44,624 bases of DNA from Octopus bimaculoides. Taxonomy: Eukaryota. The stretch covers positions 184,803,710 through 184,848,333 of the forward strand of contig NC_068982.1 in assembly GCF_001194135.2 (NCBI RefSeq), in the 5' to 3' direction. A model generated the notes under the pieces. That model was not told where the DNA came from, searched no databases, and saw only the letters and a list, made by a program, of their open reading frames with translations. Of the stretch, positions 37,250 through 44,624 are shown piece by piece (the stretch's first letter is position 1; each line of letters begins with the position of its first letter). The position numbers were made by a program, and so were the translations under genes.

Positions 37250-37400
37250 ACATCCGTATTCATCTAGATAATGCAGCTGCCCATGCATTTTCCTGATACT
37301 CCTCTATAACATTTTTGACATCACAAATTTTCAAGAATTTTTATGTCGTTCTGGAGTGACTCGATTATGGCATAATGTCAGATCTGAGAATTTGCAATTA
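37250..37400 (+). mobile_element. Possible Gypsy integrase core relic
   Basis: ITNFQEFLCRSGVTR resembles the integrase segment FxSxEFQEFLxxxGI. Confidence 0.3.
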
Positions 37401-37904
37401 TTTTTGATAAGTATTTAAAAAGAACTTGTGTTGAAAGCGTCACATTTGAAACCAAGATTTTACCATATCATTTCACTCAAATTTAATCATGTTCATTTGA
37501 AAATTTCGTGTTGCCTTTAAAGAGCCACCACCATCTAATTTTTACCGCCACTTTTTGTGGCCATAAATGAATACTCAAGATTTCCCTTTGCGTTGATGCT
37601 TAGAACTGACATTGTTTACAGCAATTCTTTGTTTTCAAAATGTATTCCGCCTGCTTGTTAACACTCCAGCTTCGATCTAATCAGAGTTAGGGTCACAATT
37701 TATGTCTCGAGATATTTGTACATTTTGGGATGACATTAATATCCGGATAACATTGGTGATGCTTTATAAGCTAAAACAATTTCATACCATTTAATTGGAA
37801 ACAGTCAAGTAGGACGTCTAGATGAGACTTTGTGAAGATCGATAACATATGCCATTAGTTCATGGAAGCTACAAGTAAAACAATGGAATAACATATTGGT
37901 AGAA

Positions 37905-37905
37905 A

Positions 37906-37937
<32 letters not shown>

Positions 37938-38039
37938 TCTCTCTCTCTCTCACTCTCTCTCTCTCTCTCTCTCTCANNNNNNNNNNNNNNNNNNNNNNNN
38001 NNNNNNNNNNNNNNNNNNNNNNNNNNNNNNNNNNNNNNN

Positions 38040-38100
<61 letters not shown>
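37905..38100. repeat. (CT)n(CA)n microsatellite with an N-gap (37977-38039)
   Basis: Directly visible. Confidence 0.95.
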
Positions 38101-38301
38101 CACCACCACCACTTTGCACTGCAACTCATCTGGCGTCTTCTGAAAGGTTATTTAACTTTTAATGTTTCTCAACAGGACCGTCCGAACCAGAAAAAAGTTT
38201 TGGTCAAGCATTTTTAATCCTAACATTATATATGAGCCAAAGGTCAATCATGTTAAAGTAACAGACGACGATCCTCAGCACTATGGTGGGAGTGCTACGT
38301 T

Positions 38302-38532
38302 TACTTCTTTATTGCCCACAAGGGGCTAATCATAGAGGGGACAAACAAGGACAGACAAAGGGATTAAGTCGATTACATCAACCCCAGTGCGTAACTGGTA
38401 CTTAATTTATCGACCCCGAAAGGATGAAAGCAAAGTCGACCTCGGCGGAATTTGAACTCAGAACGTAACGGCAGACGAAATACCGCTAAGCATTTCGCCC
38501 AGCGTGCTAACGTTTCTGCCAGCTCACCGCCT
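38302..38532 (-). mobile_element. Full-length young SINE family A, tail type 1, with a 15-bp target-site duplication
   Basis: TGGGAGTGCTACGTT at 38287-38301 and 38533-38547; clean A- and B-box head. Confidence 0.95.
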
Positions 38533-39177
38533 TGGGAGTGCTACGTTGCCGACTTGTTGAAAAATCTAGGTGAAACAAACTCTCTGGCTCCGCAAAGGGA
38601 TAATTCTAATCGATTCTAGCCGCATTGACGTGCTGAGAAATAAGAGTTAACAAATATATGAACAGAGGTCGTCAGCGTCGATCCGTTTATTGAAGATGAA
38701 ATCACAGCTCCACCCGATAAAATGTATTCATCATTCCTGAAGGCACCGGAAGACTAAATCTGTGAATCACCGATGAAAGCAACAAATTCTTTCATCTCGG
38801 TCCAGCTGCACTGTGCAGTCTTTAATCGAAGACTGACAGCCAGCCATTTACCATAAATATAAGGACTTCTCGTTTTTATTGCAAACGTGCTTCGTGTACC
38901 AAAGAGGGACGATTTAGCTTCAGTTTCTAGTCACAACACCCCATATTGGTGACAGGTAAAGCGACCATGGCGGTATTTGAATCCAATATTTAAAGGGATG
39001 TAACTAAGTTCTACAAAGTATTTTCTCCGTTACTTTACTTTCCAGTGATCCTCCGCCCTTTTCTTTTGCACGGTAAGGATAGTAAAGTGAATTAGTTCCA
39101 AACAGGATCCGAAACCTGATTTCTGGCTCGGGTCAGTGATTAATTCAGCTTCCTAATGTACAGCATATCATAATGCG

Positions 39178-39181
39178 AGTT

Positions 39182-39216
<35 letters not shown>

Positions 39217-39347
39217 GCTGCTGCTGCTTCTGCTGATGGTGATGATGATGAAGATGATCAGGTTGTTATTGTTGTGGTTAGTGGAGTTGTTTCTCCTGTT
39301 ACTGTCGAAGGTATTGCTCCAGTTAAACTTGCTGCTGCTGCTGCTGT

Positions 39348-39400
<53 letters not shown>

Positions 39401-39415
39401 ATGATATTATTATTT
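39178..39415. repeat. (TTG)/(CTG)/(ATG) trinucleotide field
   Basis: Directly visible. Confidence 0.95.
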
Positions 39416-39854
39416 ATGTATTTATGAAATTTCATTTTTGATTATTTTCAACACTGTTAAGTGAAGACATTTTTTTCTCTTAAAAGCGAAGCGCAGTTTC
39501 TTTCTTACTCTCTTTCTTTTCTTTGTTTCTTTCTTCCTTTCTTTTTTTTCTCTCTCTCTTTCTTTCTTTCTTTTTTAATTTATTCACTTCTCACTTTCAG
39601 CTTTCCTTTCTCTCCTTGCTTGCTTTTCTTTTTCTCTTTTTTTCAAATCTGCCAATTCTAGTTTCAATTAAGAATATGCCTTTTGATACATCTTCTGCTG
39701 CACACCATTCCTGCCTCGACACCCCCCACCACACCATGCCTCACCACCTGGAGCTGCTGTAGAGAATTAGTATTGGAAACTTGGTACCATCATCAAAGGA
39801 ACTGCTGTAAGTTTCTTCACAAAATATTTCATTCAGTCAAACATTTTCAAATAA

Positions 39855-39885
<31 letters not shown>

Positions 39886-40154
39886 CTTGCTCCAAAACAA
39901 AAAAAAAAGAAAAGAAAAGATGTTGAAATGAAACAAGCAAACAAAAAAAACAGAAGAAATACTGTGAATTATATTAAAAGAAATCTAAAAGTAGAAGAAG
40001 CCCGGATGTTGTTTTAATGAATTTCTTCACACTGTTTATATTTGGAATATTGAAAGATCTGAAGGAAATCAGAATGTTGGATGGCATTTTTCGAATCTTT
40101 CTCTTTCGTCTTCACTTTATTTTATATCATATTATTAAATTATCTTCTCTGTAT

Positions 40155-40185
40155 ATTACTATTATTATTATTATTATTATTATTA

Positions 40186-40218
<33 letters not shown>

Positions 40219-40232
40219 GTTGTTGTTGTTGC
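40155..40232. repeat. (ATT)n(GTT)n microsatellite
   Basis: Directly visible. Confidence 0.95.
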
Positions 40233-41544
40233 TGTTATAACTCCGGCAGTTTTCCTTATTACCCTAAATTGTGGCTCTAATAATCATTGAAGTTCGTCCT
40301 AAAAAAAAACACAAAATACAAAAGTTTCAAAATCTATTTCAAACTGGATATATTTAACATGAAAGAAAAATTTGTAATGGCGGAATAGTTCGGTTATAAA
40401 TTGAACAAAAGTTGTCACAGAAGTGTTAAGTGATGTTATTACATACTAATTTAGTATAACTCAGTTTAATATCGTTGTGTATATATATATATATATATAT
40501 ACGGTTGTAGTAAGTAAAAGATCACTGAAAGTAGTAACAAGTAGTAACATGGAGTATGACATACAATTTAATATGAACAATATTATTTATTATTTTATCC
40601 CTGAGTCATTGGTATACCACTGAAAATAAAATTCTCAACTAGGGGAAACCAAGTGACAGGTTTCCCGTTTGAACACCGTCCTGAAACTGAACTGTCTTTA
40701 AATAGTTGCCAAATCTCTCTCAGATCATACATTATTATATTAAATAAGGAAAGGGTTACATTAGATAATGTAGTGAAACATACTCGAAACGGCGTGATTG
40801 ATACGACTCAAAACATAGGTCTGTTTTATTAGTTTCATTCTTGCTATGTCCAATTTCGTCTTTTATCTTAACGGGACCGATGTAAATTAATAGACTAGGA
40901 ACACGTTGAATCAGCTATACTTCTGAACAAAATATTCGTGCCTCTCTCTCAGTGTGTGTTTCGGTTTACTTCGCTATTTACCACATGTCTGTACTTCACC
41001 ACAAAGCTAACGGTGAGACAAGAGTCAACGTTGTTACCGATATCTTTTTACTATAATGTTTCTGCTGTGCCTGCGGTTCCAGCTTCTGGGTAGTTGTGTA
41101 ATGCTCTACCCCAGCCTGTCTTTTCACCTTGTCCTCTATTTTGAATTTTACATATATGGTTCTATGACTTCTTTCATGACCAACAGAGAATATATAATTT
41201 TGTAATTTTACGTATACGCTGGAGCTGTTTGCAGTTGCTCTTTTGATGTTGCGTTCCCCGTGTTTTTGGAGATGCTAAGATAAATGATTTTCCCTTTTCT
41301 CGTTATTCAGTAAGTAACTGCGGTAGTAATGCATTTTCCTCTATCACGAATCTTTATTAGATACATTTCTATACCAGAGAACTTATATCAAGAATCAATC
41401 TATCCGCGGTAACACCAACCAGCGAAAGAAGGAAATCTAGAAACACTTTCCCTGCTTTTCCTTTCGAATTCTTCATTTATTCTTTCTTTCAATGAAACAC
41501 GTAAGTATTGCCACCGAGCAAAGCTAGCGTTCACACACGTACAT

Positions 41545-41632
41545 TGTTGTTGTTGTTGCTGCTGCTGTCGTTATTGTTGTTGTTGTTGTTGCTGTTGCTA
41601 TTGCTGTTGTTGTTGCTGCTGCTGCTGCTGCT
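41545..41632. repeat. (GTT)/(GCT) microsatellite
   Basis: Directly visible. Confidence 0.95.
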
Positions 41633-42078
41633 ATATCTTTACTAATGTCAACTTCAATCTTTGTGTTTCCTGCCATTAATTCTACCAATTATGTTTGCTT
41701 TTTTCCTCCTCCTTGTAAAATGATCACATTTTGCTGTTTGATTAAATTGACTTCTTTTTTTCTTTCTTTGTTTGCTTTCTGTGTTGTTTTATTCAATAGA
41801 AATTTTTGGTAGGCGTTACCTTTCTGTCGAGTCGTAGCAATTTGTCTATTTATTTTCTTATTTATTTATTTGTAAGTAAATACGAAAATTATTGTTTAAA
41901 AAGACTCAAAGCGACCGATCATTCTTTTCACCGTTTTAGAAGGGTTTTCTGAAGAAAACATTTTAAAAGAAATTATTTTCCCTTCAGTTATGCTTATATG
42001 AAATTGTCAAAATATAAGAATTCCGAAGTTGAAATAAGCAGGATGCAGAGTATGAAAAAAAAGAAAAAAGCAAACAAA

Positions 42079-42308
42079 TGTGTGTGTGTGTGTTTGTGTG
42101 TCTGTGTTTGTCCCCCTAGCATTGCTTGACAACCGATGCTGGTGTGTTTATGTCCTCGTCACTTAGCGGTTCGGCAAAAAGAGACCGATAGAATAAGTAG
42201 TAGGCTTACAAAGAATAAGTCCCGGGGTCGATTTTCTCGACTAAAGGCGGTGCTCCAGCATGGCCGCAGTCAAATGACTGAAACAAGTAAAAGAGTAAAA
42301 GAGTAAAA
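42079..42308 (+). mobile_element. SINE family B, 3' half with (GAGTAAAA)n tail
   Basis: GCTTGACAACCGATGCTGGTGTG..GGCGGTGCTCCAGCATGGCCGCAG..AAGTAAAAGAGTAAAAGAGTAAAA; pairing with the 16878 5' half is from recall of the family. Confidence 0.75.
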
Positions 42309-43074
42309 CTAAATTATCAGTAATGATTGGAACACTATGTGTCATAAAATAAAAGCATGAGCTAAGATATACAAACGTTTTTTGATCACAATGTTGCAAT
42401 GTTACACGCATTTCAAAAAATACTCCTGCTACGTACATCTCGCATCCTATATAATTGAATTTAATAGCACATCCAAAACAATAAAACTCTCTGTATTCAG
42501 CACTTTCTCCATACATTTTTTTATCTTATAAAACAATACACACAACATATATTCTAATTAACCATTTCCAAAGATATGGCACCACACAAAGGCTACACAA
42601 TCAGAATCCAATCAAAAACATAAACATGCACTTATGCAATCGATATCCGATGCTATAACATCAAGAAATCCTTCAATTCACAATCTACAAATTTACCAAT
42701 ATAATACAAAGCACATAATACTTATTCGATATTGTTACCGATCGATACAAAAACACATATCACCATTCACATATTACAACCAACGATCAACAAAATAATA
42801 CAACTCACAGAGTACGTAATCTGTGCAGAAGACGACCACAAAAGAAAACACCAGAAACGATGAAATAACACTCACAACAAAAGAAATGCTGATGCAGATT
42901 ATAAACATAGACTATCGTCCTAAAGACAATGTTTTCCAATCCTTAGGAACACGGAAATGCAGTAGAAACTCGCGTACATCTTTTGAAACATTGGTGTCGA
43001 TCATGACGTGGTGGTGGTGGTGGTGGTGGTGGTAAGGAAGAAGAGGAGGGGGAGGAGGATAAAGAGGTGGAAAA

Positions 43075-43321
43075 GCACTTATCCACAAAGCCATAATGGA
43101 AGACTACAGAAAGAGAAAGATGGAGCTGAGCATGGCTTGGACAAAGTATCAGAAGGTTTTTTCCATGTTGTTCCCCACGGATAGAGCCTTAAAATATCAG
43201 CTCTGAGTAATTTAGCCCCAGTAACAAATCGGTGCGCCAATGACATCATGAGTAAATTAACAAGTAAATGTAGAGGCAGCTAAAGGAGGCTTCATAAGAA
43301 CTGACCGATCTCTATTGGAGG

Positions 43322-43380
<59 letters not shown>

Positions 43381-44530
43381 TTCTCTCTTTCTCTCTCACT
43401 CTCTCGTTTCTTTCTTTATCTCTCAACTCCTTTTTTTGTCTGCCCATAACCACTAACATATTTCACCAGACTGTGAGGACAATCAACCATCTCAGTTTGT
43501 ATGCTGCAGATGATAAACAACTAGAAACACTGTTACAGACAGATTTACCAGAGAAATTGATACGAGATTCGGATTAGAATATGTGTCAAGGCAATTTTGA
43601 AGAGAGAAAAATTAATTAAGAACACTAATATCGTCTTACATAAAGAAACAGAGATAAGAAAATTACACAAAACGCAGACTTGCAAATACTTAATCAATGA
43701 TCTAGACAGTGTACAGCAGACATAAGTGAAAGAAATGCTTAGGAAAGAAAATTACTTAATACTTAGATACAGATAAATGCAAAAATAAGGCAATAAGAAT
43801 CAATACTGTAGCTATCCCAGTAATAATTTACAAATATATATACTCACAAACGGGTACTAAACAAACTAGGAAGGCAAAGCAAACAAAAAAGAACGAAGAA
43901 TAGTGACTGCATTTAGAATACATTACTCGAGTCTGATATATAAAGATGTTTACAGGATAACACAGCATAATATAAGGAGATAGAGGCTTCTAAAACTATA
44001 AAAATATTATAAAATATCCACCGTGGGGCAAAAATATGTGCTAACGAATAAAGGGTAACTAATACAAATAAATAGATAATATGAACATACAAGAATTATT
44101 TTTCTGTCTTGAAGGAAACCAACAGATGCAAAACAGAGACTAAAATAACAAAACCAGAGCGGAAATTAGGAAAAAAAAAACTGCAAGCTAAGCTTAAACG
44201 AGATTAAGAATGCCAAGCTGAATGACAAATTAAGATGACAAATAAAGACCCTACATGGTCAATACCTAAAAAGAAAAAGAAAAAGAAAAGAAAGGAATAA
44301 ACGTACTATTCATCTGATGAGCAGTAACTCACTCGCCAAAGAACAAAAACCTCTGTTTTACAGAGACATTGTTTTTCAACCGGAGCTCTCCTGAAACAAC
44401 TATAGCAATCTCTGAATCTCTATATTAGAAATCTGTGTATCTCGATCACTTTAACCACCCGACAGAAGTGTGGATGGATGTAAAGAAGAGTTATTGCTAA
44501 ACATAGCGGATTGCAGATAAGGAAACACAA
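43075..44530 (+). mobile_element. Heavily decayed R4/Dong-like element (RT through thumb), interrupted by (CT)n at 43325-43405
   Basis: LIHKAIMEDYRKRKMELSMAWTKYQK (R4-like LSMAWIDYKK), LYAADDKQLETLLQT, RFGLE..VKAIL, INTVAIPVI and KTLHGQYLK. Confidence 0.75.
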
Positions 44531-44624
44531 ATCTAGTATGTTATACATTGATTACCGAAAAGTTATTGACATTATATTTCACGTTACAATATCTGCATCC
44601 TTTGAAACTTGTGAGATTGTACAA

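Noticed and set aside
38769-38820. Adjacent hairpins CCGATGAAAG/CTTTCATCTCGG and CTGCA/TGCAG
   Set aside because: No known RNA motif and a single occurrence; insufficient support
44312-44345. CTGATGAG hammerhead-like core start
   Set aside because: No stem II or GAAA follows, and it lies within decayed R4 coding sequence

Overview
AT-rich, microsatellite-dense animal genomic DNA with 11 N-gaps. It reads as intergenic or intronic sequence, and no intact protein-coding gene is supported; most ORFs in the track are microsatellite or gap artefacts. The tRNA-derived SINE families resemble those I associate with octopod cephalopods, so the taxon is an inference and not demonstrated. The window is a transposon graveyard. 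It holds R4/Dong-like non-LTR fragments with a restriction-like endonuclease, an RTE LINE, an L1/Tx1 end, Gypsy LTR relics, several Tc1/mariner derivatives, a long-TIR MITE and about 15 SINE copies. The most notable element is a tRNA-headed SINE, present twice on the minus strand (31866-32157 and 33627-33920). Its body carries a minimal type I hammerhead ribozyme motif of the kind known from Penelope-like elements, intact at 33701-33744 and core-deleted at 31963-32003. A secondary signal is that R4-like elements abut (TACA)n microsatellites, suggesting target specificity. All family assignments come from by-eye translation and motif recognition; no database searches were run.
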